From Candidatus Bathyarchaeota archaeon (GTDB taxonomy: Archaea; Thermoproteota; Bathyarchaeia; Bathyarchaeales; Bathycorpusculaceae): 64,000 bases of DNA. The notes below the pieces were generated by a model that was not told the origin of the DNA, made no database searches, and saw nothing but the letters and a program-made list of their open reading frames with translations. Below are positions 53,610 through 61,782 of the stretch, piece after piece (positions within the stretch are counted from its first letter, which is position 1; each line of letters begins with the position of its first letter). A program made the translations under genes and the position numbers. The stretch is taken from the NCBI GenBank assembly GCA_018396705.1, contig JAGTQZ010000003.1:168711-232710 (forward strand), given 5' to 3'.

Positions 53610-54977
53610 TTATTTTTTGGGAGCAATAGTTGGAACTTCTATTTTTTCAGGCTCATAATCTGCAAGTTTGCCTGCAAGGAATTGTTCATAAGCACCGATG
53701 TCCAATAGACCGTGGCCGCTGTAGTTCATGGCTATAACCTTCTTTTCGCCTTTTTCTCGGCACCGCAGAGCCTCGTCTATGACGAATTTTAAGCTGTGAG
53801 CTGTTTCTGGTGCAATTATTAGGCCCTCTGTTTGGGCTAATATTTGAGCTGCCTTGAACACTTCTGTCTGGTGATATGCAACAGACCGCATATATCCTTT
53901 TGTTATCAGATAGGATATTAAGGGCGCCATCCCATGATATCTTAAGCCTCCGGCGTGAATTGGCGGACATGCATACTCATGTCCTAACGTCAACATTTTC
54001 AGGAGGGGTGTAAGCTTGGCCGTATCTCCGAAGTCGTAGGTGTAAACGCCCTTTGTCGTATGTGGAACAGCTTTAGACTCGCAGGCAACAAACTCAGTGT
54101 CAACTTTGCCCTTAAGCTTGTCCATCATGAAGGGAAAACAGAAACCGCCATAGTTGGAGCCGCCGCCTATGCAGCCACACACAATGTCCGGATATTCACC
54201 TATAATCTCAAATTGTTTTTTAGCCTCTAAGCCTATGATGGACTGGTGTAACAATACATGGTTTAACACTGAACCTAAAGAATAGCGCGTATCCTCATGG
54301 TTTAGCGTGTCTTCTAAGGCTTCGCTTATGGCAATGCCTAAAGTGCCTGGATGATTGGGGTTTTCCCTCAAAAGTTTTCTTCCAAACTCGGTTTGGTCGC
54401 TTGGCGACGGAAACATTTCAGCGCCGTAAAGCTGAGCTATGGTTCTTCTGCCAGGCTTCTGCGTATAGCTAACGCGAACCATGTATATGCGGCATTTTAA
54501 ACCGAAAATAGTGCATGCAAAAGCCAAAGCGGTGCCCCATTGTCCAGCGCCAGTTTCGGTTACAAGCCGTTTTATGCCCTGTTCCTTGTTGTAGTAAGCT
54601 TGAGCTATAGCCGTGTTAGTCTTATGGCTTCCGGTGGGGCTGAAATTCTCGAACTTAAAGTATATTTTCGCTGGCGTTTTCAAGAACTTCTCAAGTCGCC
54701 TCGCTCTATACAATGGTGTAGGACGAGGTAACCGTAAATAGGCATCTAAAACTGCATCTGGAATTTTTATGAAGCGTTCTGTCGAAATTTCCTGCCTTAT
54801 AAGCTCTTTTGCAAATATTCTCTCTAACAATTTTGGATCTATGGGCTCCAATGTCGTTGGATCCAAAGGTGGTGGAAGTGGTTCTGGAAGGTCTGCCTGA
54901 ATATTGTACCACGCCGTGGGAATATCATCTTGACTCAACAGAATGAAGTATTCGTTTTTCTGAAGTTTAACGCCCAT
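53610..54977 (-). CDS. trpB: Tryptophan synthase beta-like protein, TrpB2 type
   Basis: PLP-Lys motif PTGSHKTNTAIAQAYY, GCIGGGSNYGG, 455 aa with the TrpB2-type N-terminal extension. Confidence 0.85.
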   Translation of the reverse strand: MGVKLQKNEYFILLSQDDIPTAWYNIQADLPEPLPPPLDPTTLEPIDPKLLERIFAKELIRQEISTERFIKIPDAVLDAYLRLPRPTPLYRARRLEKFLKTPAKIYFKFENFSPTGSHKTNTAIAQAYYNKEQGIKRLVTETGAGQWGTALAFACTIFGLKCRIYMVRVSYTQKPGRRTIAQLYGAEMFPSPSDQTEFGRKLLRENPNHPGTLGIAISEALEDTLNHEDTRYSLGSVLNHVLLHQSIIGLEAKKQFEIIGEYPDIVCGCIGGGSNYGGFCFPFMMDKLKGKVDTEFVACESKAVPHTTKGVYTYDFGDTAKLTPLLKMLTLGHEYACPPIHAGGLRYHGMAPLISYLITKGYMRSVAYHQTEVFKAAQILAQTEGLIIAPETAHSLKFVIDEALRCREKGEKKVIAMNYSGHGLLDIGAYEQFLAGKLADYEPEKIEVPTIAPKK

Positions 54978-55079
54978 TTATCTTCACCTATGCACATTTT
55001 TGTACATGGAATTCATAATGACGGAATGAACATATTTATGCTTTATTGCACAAAAAAGTACATTCAAGGGTGAACAAAA

Positions 55080-55583
55080 ATGTGGAATACTATAAAACAA
55101 CATTTAGAAAACTACCCGGAGAGGCTAAAGGTGGCTCGAATCCTTGTGGAAAACGGCTTAACCGTCAAAAACGGAAAAATCTATCTAAACGAGATTGAAA
55201 TTCCACGAGCGCGAATAGCTAAAGCCGCCGGCGTGGATAGGAGAACCGTAAACGAAACATTAAAAGCTATAAGGGCTAATAGGGAACTTCGTCAAATCTT
55301 TGAAGGGTTAAGATCAGCTGGGCATTCCTTAAAGGAAATTGCGCGCCATCTTGGATTTGGAGTGGTTGAGATAACCCCTGCAGACGCGAGAACACCGGGT
55401 ATATTGGCTAATTCAGCTATGATACTGGCAAAAAACGGTTTAAGTATAAGACAGGCAATTGTGGATGATCCGGAGCTTTCCCCAGAGCCAAAGCTGACGC
55501 TTATTGTTGAGAAGAAGATTCCTGGAGAACTTATCCCTGAGTTCTTAAAGGTTAAGGGTGTCGCCAAAGTTTCCGTCTATTAG
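55080..55583 (+). CDS. Predicted regulator of amino-acid metabolism, HTH plus ACT-like domain (COG2150-like)
   Basis: 167 aa. RARIAKAAGVDRRTVNETLKAI (HTH). The C-terminal beta-alpha-beta-beta-alpha-beta-like segment VVEITPADARTPGILANSAMILAKNGLSIRQAIV resembles an ACT domain. Confidence 0.6.
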   Translation: MWNTIKQHLENYPERLKVARILVENGLTVKNGKIYLNEIEIPRARIAKAAGVDRRTVNETLKAIRANRELRQIFEGLRSAGHSLKEIARHLGFGVVEITPADARTPGILANSAMILAKNGLSIRQAIVDDPELSPEPKLTLIVEKKIPGELIPEFLKVKGVAKVSVY

Positions 55584-57390
55584 ATGCCCATGTTCTCGAA
55601 GGCTATTATTATCCATTTTTCTCCTCGCTTTTCGAGACGCATAGTTACAGTATCACCATTTTTTGTTACCATAAGCTTGTTCCATTGAAGCGCCGGGAGA
55701 TCTTTTGGTGTAGCTTCCACCCACTGGTATGTGGTATTGTCCAAACGGAGAACTATGTGAGTTGTGCCATCCTCCACGTACTCATATTTTCCTAAAACTT
55801 TAGCTGTGATTTCTATTTCTGTTATTGTGCCGAAAAGTTTCAGAAAATTAAGCCTCGTAGCGCGCACGAGTTGCTCGCTGGTCATGCCCTCTTCATGCAT
55901 TTTTATAGCTATTTTGTTCGTTTCCTCTGCGTCAATAATAGCAAACCCAGCTAGATAGATGGTTTCATCTTTTCCACCAGTGCCTTCTCGCCAGTAGATA
56001 GGCACATACCACGCGAGGCGATAGTTGCCTTGTGAAACTTGTACCGGATAGAGTAGTGGCATTTCAGCATCGTATAAGCCTGTTGCTGGTTTTGGAAGTC
56101 TCCCTTCACAAGATCTTCAGCCGTCATGCCGGAAATGTAGTTGGCTTGTCTGTAATCGTAGAAGTGTATGCTGCCCCTAGTGGATTTAAAAACGCCGGAT
56201 AAAGTGCGCCTGTTGCCAACAGGATTCACGCAGACAAGAGCTACAACGTCACCTGTTTCTGGATCCACAATGTAGCGGGTGCCCTCTGTCATTTCGAAGC
56301 GTTCACGGCTTGGCGGTATAAACCACAAGAGGCCTCCGGCCCAATAATCAAAGCCTCCGCCTCTTCCGAAGTTTCCCATCTCGTTTATCATTTCTTCAAG
56401 CCAGTCCTCGTCATAAACCTGCGTAATCCACAATGGGATGTGCTGAAGGTCTTCTGCTTTAGGATGTAAGCCATAATCTTCGTTGTAAACTATGGGAGTT
56501 TCATAACGTCTAATCAAGTCGAAGCCAATATTGCAGCGTGTTACAACGTAAACCGGCTCATTTGTTTCAAAATCCCATGTTACATAGGCTGTGCCATAGC
56601 ATTTAGAAATGTCATTCATATAAGAACCATAGTGAATGTTGCGATCAAACCATAAACTTTCACCGACTTTAAACTCCTTTCTCAAAACCTTGGGAGGGGC
56701 AAGCGGTTCTGTGGCATTTATTATCACAAAGCTTTTCACATAGTTTTCGGCTATAACGCTTGTCGAGCCTATGATGGCAACCCAAACCAGCTTGCCATCC
56801 GGAGTTTTCGTTATGTGGCAGCCTAGAACTTGAGTGTTGCTTCCAAACTCTGACATGTGGCGTCTGACAATGGAAACTGCAAGTTCCCCTGTGACAAGCC
56901 ACACCATGCTGTCTGGAATTTCCCTGTTGAAAGGTAGCCCTGAGCTTATTTGGATGAAATTGTTGAAGTACGCGGCGTTGGCAACTCTTTGAACCTACCA
57001 GAATACATAAAGCCGGAAACAGCCAACAAATAAGCCAAAAATAGAACTGCAGCCAGCTTCGCCCTTATTTTCGCAGAAATTTTCCATGGTAGACGGCTAT
57101 GGCGGTGGTAGTAATAGTAGTGGTGTCTTTCCGACACTTCTTCCGTACTAATTCGCCTTATTGTTATGGTAAATTCCACAAAGGCGACAAAAACTCTGAG
57201 AAAAACAAGCGTGTATGTGAAGACGCTTAAGGGCAGCTGTAGAAACTGAATTAGAAAAGAAGAGGAACAAACCTAAAAGGAGCGAAATTACACGGGCAAA
57301 TTTTTTCCAACCAGTTTTTCGCAGTGGGATGGGCATGTACCAAATAGAAGCCCATAGAAGAAGGAATATGAATAGGTTCAAAGCCTTCAC
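55580..57390 (-). pseudogene. Membrane-anchored protein of ~600 aa with a large extracytoplasmic domain, split into four ORFs by at least three frame changes
   Basis: ORFs 57148..57390, 56946..57179, 55951..56907 and 55580..56062 overlap head-to-tail on one strand. Hydrophobic segments continue across frames. The last junction is ...QQQAYTMLK | (M)PLLYPVQVSQG, at the T3 run 56062..56064 on the + strand, where one extra base would fuse the frames. Confidence 0.6.
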
Positions 57391-57499
57391 CAGTCATGCA
57401 AAAATATGAATTTCTTGTTTAGAAAGCTTTTGCTTAGAATCTGGCAATTTTTATATGCTGTGAAAAATGAATAAAAGGATATTGGGAAGGTGAACTTTT

Positions 57500-58717
57500 A
57501 TGGTGGATTTTGCTTTCACTGAAGAGCAAATACTTTTCCGTAAGTCTGTCCGCGAATGGTGCAGCAAAGAGCTTACACTAGAAAAAGTTAGGGAAACGGA
57601 CACAAAAGGCGAAATTCCAAGAGAGATCATTAAGGGCTTAGCTGATTTAGGGCTGTTGCTTATGACGGTGCCTGAAGAACATGGTGGTGCAGGCGTAGAT
57701 TGGACAACCGCATGTATCGCAGCTGAGGAGTTAGGCTACGCTGACATAAGCATAGCTGTACCCGTGTTTTTCTTGGTGGAAACTGCATGGGGTTTTGTAA
57801 CAGACAAGCACTGCACTGAGCAGGTCAGAGAGGAGGTTATACGGAAAGCCGCTAAGGGAGAAGCGTTCATAGGCATAGCATCAACCGAAGCTGGCGGCGG
57901 CTCAGACGTTGCCGCAATAAAGTCTACGGGAACAAGGAATGGGGACCATTGGATTTTGAACGGCGAGAAAACCTATATAAGTGGAACCGAGGAAGCCAAA
58001 AGGCTTGGCGGAGGACACTTCACACTTGTTAGAACTTCGCCCCCACCGCCTGAGGCAAGCCATCGAGGTATGACAGCCTTTTACTTGCCTATAAACGCGC
58101 CAGGTGTGGAGACAGGCAAACGTTTCGAAGAGATGGGGCGAATGGCGATTTCCACAGGCAGTATAGCCATGGATAATGTTAGGCTGCCTGACGCTTACCG
58201 CATAGGCGAGGAAGGCAAAGGCTTCTATTTAGCCATGGAAGGATTCGACAATGCTAGACTGCTTATAGGCGCAACATGCCTTGGTGCAGCTCAAAGAGCC
58301 CTAGAGCTTGGTATGCAATATATCAAGGAGCGTAAAGCCTTCAGAAATCCTATTGGCAAGTATGAGGGCATTCAATTCGATTTAGCAGACTTGTGGGCTG
58401 AACTTGAAGCTTTAAGGTCGCTTGTTTATCGTACAGCATGGATGAATGACGAAAAATACAAACGAGGACGATTCACAACACTGGAAGTTACAAAGTACAT
58501 CTCAGCCGTCAAATTGAAAGTGCCGCCCTTCACCTTCAAAGTTTTCGAACATGTTATGCTCTGGATGGGAGCATGGGGCTACACAAAAGACTGCCCACTG
58601 GAAATGGGGTTGCGAGGCATAATGTCCTATTACATAGGAGCTGAAGGCACCATGAATATCCAGAGAATAATTATAGCAAGAGAACTCCTAGGCAGAGAGT
58701 ACATACCCTACAAATAA
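57500..58717 (+). CDS. Acyl-CoA dehydrogenase
   Basis: 405 aa. TEAGGGSDVAAIK, the catalytic C-terminal region YIGAEGTMNIQRIIIAREL, and aggtga upstream of the ATG. Confidence 0.9.
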   Translation: MVDFAFTEEQILFRKSVREWCSKELTLEKVRETDTKGEIPREIIKGLADLGLLLMTVPEEHGGAGVDWTTACIAAEELGYADISIAVPVFFLVETAWGFVTDKHCTEQVREEVIRKAAKGEAFIGIASTEAGGGSDVAAIKSTGTRNGDHWILNGEKTYISGTEEAKRLGGGHFTLVRTSPPPPEASHRGMTAFYLPINAPGVETGKRFEEMGRMAISTGSIAMDNVRLPDAYRIGEEGKGFYLAMEGFDNARLLIGATCLGAAQRALELGMQYIKERKAFRNPIGKYEGIQFDLADLWAELEALRSLVYRTAWMNDEKYKRGRFTTLEVTKYISAVKLKVPPFTFKVFEHVMLWMGAWGYTKDCPLEMGLRGIMSYYIGAEGTMNIQRIIIARELLGREYIPYK

Positions 58718-58770
58718 GCCAAATACTAATTATGTAAAACTAATCTTGCCAAAGAAAGGAACACAGCAAG

Positions 58771-58846
58771 CGGGCCCGCGGGGATTTGAACCCCGGTTCT
58801 CCGGCTCCGAAGGCCGGCGCCTTAATCCATACTTGGCCACGGGCCC
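58771..58846 (-). tRNA. tRNA-Arg (anticodon TCG)
   Basis: The reverse complement gggcccgtggccaagtatggattaaggcgccggcctTCGgagccggagaaccggggttcaaatccccgcgggcccg folds as a cloverleaf. Confidence 0.9.
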
Positions 58847-58941
58847 GTATTTATTGGAAAAATTGTTGCTATACGATTAAAAGTATTCTGAAAACCTTAA
58901 AAGGAAATGATATGCCTTTCTATTATAATTGGTGCTAGTGT

Positions 58942-59016
58942 GGGCCGGTAGCTCAGCTTGGCTGGAGCGTTCGGCTGATAACCGAAAGGTCGCCGGTTCA
59001 AATCCGGCCCGGCCCA
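58942..59016 (+). tRNA. tRNA-Ile (anticodon GAT)
   Basis: gggccggtagctcagcttggctggagcgttcggctGATaaccgaaaggtcgccggttcaaatccggcccggccca. Anticodon arm ttcgg-ctGATaa-ccgaa. Confidence 0.9.
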
Positions 59017-59074
59017 CTTAGATTTTTAAGTGAATCCTTAAATATGGAACATTCTTCTCTCTAATTGATGGAGT

Positions 59075-60382
59075 ATGGGGTCTAAGTACGCGCATCTGCT
59101 TAATGATGCGGATGTCAAGCGTTGGTTTGAAAATTTGGCCGCTAAGTCCATTGTCACCGCTACTGTCTATCTTAGGACTCTGGGTTTCTACTGCGAGCTT
59201 AACAAGACTGATCCAAAGGCAATTCTTAAAGCCGCCAAAACCAAGGCTTTCAGGGATGACTTCACAGACTTTATTAGGCGTATGGAGCGTGAGGGCAAGG
59301 CTGGCTCCTACCTGTCCAGGTTCAAGAAAGTGCTTAACTCTTGGCTTTCCTATAATGGCGTTAACGTAAAGCTTAAAGTTAACATCAGAGGCGAGTCTGA
59401 TACGCCACGAATAGCCGATGAGCGCGTGCCAAACAAAGAAGAGCTGGACAGAATCCTCAGAATGGCCACGCCCAGAGGAAGAGTTTCAATAGCCCTAATG
59501 GCTTTCAGCGGTTTAAGGCCTGAGAGCATAGGCAATTATGATGGAAGCGACGGCTTGAAACTTGGAGACTTTGTTGAGGCTGAAATCCGCCCAGACGGTA
59601 TAGAATTCGCAAAAATTCCATCAATGCTCGTGGTAAGGAAAAGCCTCAGCAAAGCTAGGCACCAATACTTCACATTCGTTCCGCAGCAAACAATAACCTA
59701 CATTGAGGAGTATTTGGAGGAGCGAGTTAAACAAGGCGAAGAATTGAGTAAAGATTCCCCATTACTGGGCTTTGACCCTAGAGGGGTTAAAAAGAACAGG
59801 TTTTTGAGGACAACCTTAGTGACGAGGGATATTCGCGAAGCCATTTTGAGGGCCGGCTTCAAGTGGAGGCCTTATGTCTTGAGGGCTTACTGCGACACAA
59901 ACATGATCATAGCCGAGTCTAAAGGTAAAATCAGCCACCCATATCTGCAGTTTATTATGGGGCATAAGGGCGACATAGAAGCCAGATACAGCACAAACAA
60001 GGGCGTACTGCCGCCAAACATGATCGAGGACATGCGCAAAGCCTACAAAGAATGCGAGCCCTTCCTAAGCACGGCAACCCAACCCCTAGAACAATCAAGC
60101 ATAATTAAGGAAGCCAAAATTGAAGCTTTGAAAAGTATGGCCAAAAGCCTCCTTGGAATAGACCTGCTTGACGTTAAGGTTGCAAAAGAAAGGCAGATTG
60201 GAAGAGAACTAAACAAGGACGAAGAACTCGAGCTTTACGAGAAAGAGCTGAAAAAACTAAGAGAGGGAAAACACAACCCACAAAGAATAATACATGAAAG
60301 AGAGCTTGGAAAATATTTGGCAAAAGGGTGGCAATTCGTAAGCGTACTACCATCACAAAAAATCCTAATCAAAAAATACTAA
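59075..60382 (+). CDS. Tyrosine recombinase / phage-type integrase with a ~100-aa C-terminal extension
   Basis: Catalytic-domain landmarks FSGLRPESI (Arg I), YVLRAY (box II Arg), FIMGHKGDIEARY (His and Tyr nucleophile). 435 aa. Confidence 0.8.
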   Translation: MGSKYAHLLNDADVKRWFENLAAKSIVTATVYLRTLGFYCELNKTDPKAILKAAKTKAFRDDFTDFIRRMEREGKAGSYLSRFKKVLNSWLSYNGVNVKLKVNIRGESDTPRIADERVPNKEELDRILRMATPRGRVSIALMAFSGLRPESIGNYDGSDGLKLGDFVEAEIRPDGIEFAKIPSMLVVRKSLSKARHQYFTFVPQQTITYIEEYLEERVKQGEELSKDSPLLGFDPRGVKKNRFLRTTLVTRDIREAILRAGFKWRPYVLRAYCDTNMIIAESKGKISHPYLQFIMGHKGDIEARYSTNKGVLPPNMIEDMRKAYKECEPFLSTATQPLEQSSIIKEAKIEALKSMAKSLLGIDLLDVKVAKERQIGRELNKDEELELYEKELKKLREGKHNPQRIIHERELGKYLAKGWQFVSVLPSQKILIKKY

Positions 60383-60555
60383 CAAGTTTTTACTCTTTTC
60401 TTCACAAAAGCATCACATGATTTACAAAGATAATAATCCAAAACACGCTTCAACTCGCCACTCTCACGATCCAAAACACTCTTATAAACAGGGACAGCCT
60501 CACCCTCAGAAAGCTCCCCACCACACATACGACAAACCAATTTCCTGCCAGACAC
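60379..60555 (-). CDS. Small zinc-ribbon protein (58 aa), convergent with and overlapping the integrase stop
   Basis: Manual translation: VSGRKLVCRMCGGELSEGEAVPVYKSVLDRESGELKRVLDYYLCKSCDAFVKKRVKTC*. Two CxxC pairs. Below the 60-aa cutoff of the ORF track. GTG start, or internal ATG at 60526..60528. Confidence 0.35.
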   Translation of the reverse strand: MSGRKLVCRMCGGELSEGEAVPVYKSVLDRESGELKRVLDYYLCKSCDAFVKKRVKTC

Positions 60556-60598
60556 ACAACCACAACTCCAAACGCATTTTATAAATCAACATCTATAA

Positions 60599-60632
60599 AA
60601 TTCTTCTATTTACTACAACTAACAGAAGAATT
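60599..60632. repeat. Perfect 9-bp inverted repeat (aattcttct / agaagaatt) with a 16-nt spacer
   Basis: Read directly from the sequence. Lies in the intergenic region between the small Zn-ribbon ORF and the NrpR-like gene. Confidence 0.6.
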
Positions 60633-60762
60633 AGGTTTGTACACAGTATTCATTACGGGGCTAAATTTTGATTTGTTTTCGCCTTTTGTGTTTAGATAAG
60701 TATTGGGGGTTGAGTATTGAAAGTTTTATAAGTTATTTAGGAGCATTCTCTTGTGATGGCGT

Positions 60763-61746
60763 ATGGTTAAGTCTGCTGAGGAGATTTCTAGGTTGGAAAC
60801 TGAGATATTGAGGGTTTTGAGTGAGTCGGCCGAGCATGTCGGGTCGAGGTTGCTTCAGCGGGAATTGGAGAAGAGGGGTTTCTTTCTGAGTGAGAGGACT
60901 GTGAGGTATCATCTTCAATTGCTGGAGCTAAAAGGTTTAGTTGCTGGGCATGAGCGAAGTGGAAGGACTATAACCAGTCAAGGGTTGGAGGAGCTTAGCA
61001 GGGCTTTGGTTTCTCAGAGGGTTGGTTTTGTTATAACCCGTTTCTTATCGATGGCTTGTTCGGTTACATATGACTATATTGCAGATTCCGGGATGGTGGT
61101 TGCGAATGTTTCTCTTGTGGATAAGTCTTTTCATGATAGAATGTTGGAGATAGTAAGGGATTTACACCTTGCGAATTTGCTTTTGGCTCCCTACATTAAG
61201 GTTTTAGATGAGAATGAAGAGTATCAAAATATTGTTGTTCCTGAGGGAAAGATTTGTCTTCTCACAATTTGCGATCTGACTGTGGACGGAGTGCTTATCC
61301 GTTCCGGGATTCCATTATTTTTTAGGTATGGCGGTTTGGTTCAAGTGGTGAATGGTAAACCTTTACGTTTTGTTGATATGATATCCTATGAGGGGACGAC
61401 GATTTCTCCGCTTGAGCTTTTCATTAGAAGCAACCAGACTTCGGTTTTGAAAGTTGTTAAAACTGGATCTGGTGTTTTGCCTGTGGGCATGAGGGAGATC
61501 GTGGCTGAAGCTAGGGAAAGAACACATAAAATTGTTACGACGTTGAAGGAAAGGGGGTGGGGAGGCGTTTTAGCTTTTGGCGTTCCTAATGAACCTGTGC
61601 TCGGTGTGCCAGTGTCCATGGATAGGTTTGGGTTATGTATGGTTGGTGGACTTGCCCTAGCAGCAGCCCTCTTGGAGGGAGGAGCAAAAATTGAAACTTT
61701 TGCTTCTCATTGTTTGGTTCCCATTGAGGAAATGAAAAGAATATGA
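60763..61746 (+). CDS. NrpR-like regulator (winged HTH plus DUF128 domain)
   Basis: ILRVLSESAEHVGSRLLQRELEKRGFFLSERTVRYHLQLLELKGLV, followed by a DUF128-like domain (GMVVANVSL ... GIPLFFRYGGLV). Confidence 0.7.
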   Translation: MVKSAEEISRLETEILRVLSESAEHVGSRLLQRELEKRGFFLSERTVRYHLQLLELKGLVAGHERSGRTITSQGLEELSRALVSQRVGFVITRFLSMACSVTYDYIADSGMVVANVSLVDKSFHDRMLEIVRDLHLANLLLAPYIKVLDENEEYQNIVVPEGKICLLTICDLTVDGVLIRSGIPLFFRYGGLVQVVNGKPLRFVDMISYEGTTISPLELFIRSNQTSVLKVVKTGSGVLPVGMREIVAEARERTHKIVTTLKERGWGGVLAFGVPNEPVLGVPVSMDRFGLCMVGGLALAAALLEGGAKIETFASHCLVPIEEMKRI

Positions 61747-61782
61747 TTAATCACCAAAATAAAGATGAAACTACACTCGTTT

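Larger units (their letters stand above)
59017..60555. mobile_element. Possible remnant of an integrated element (integrase plus small Zn-ribbon ORF) abutting the 3' end of tRNA-Ile
   Basis: An intact tyrosine recombinase gene starts 59 nt after the tRNA. I found no direct repeat of the tRNA 3' end downstream within the window. Confidence 0.3.

Noticed and set aside
60383-60560. Strikingly G-poor (about 9% G), C/A-rich plus strand downstream of the integrase; considered as a possible repeat, att or origin-like element
   Set aside because: The skew is explained by the purine/G-rich coding strand of the 58-aa Zn-ribbon ORF on the minus strand. No tandem or direct repeats were seen.
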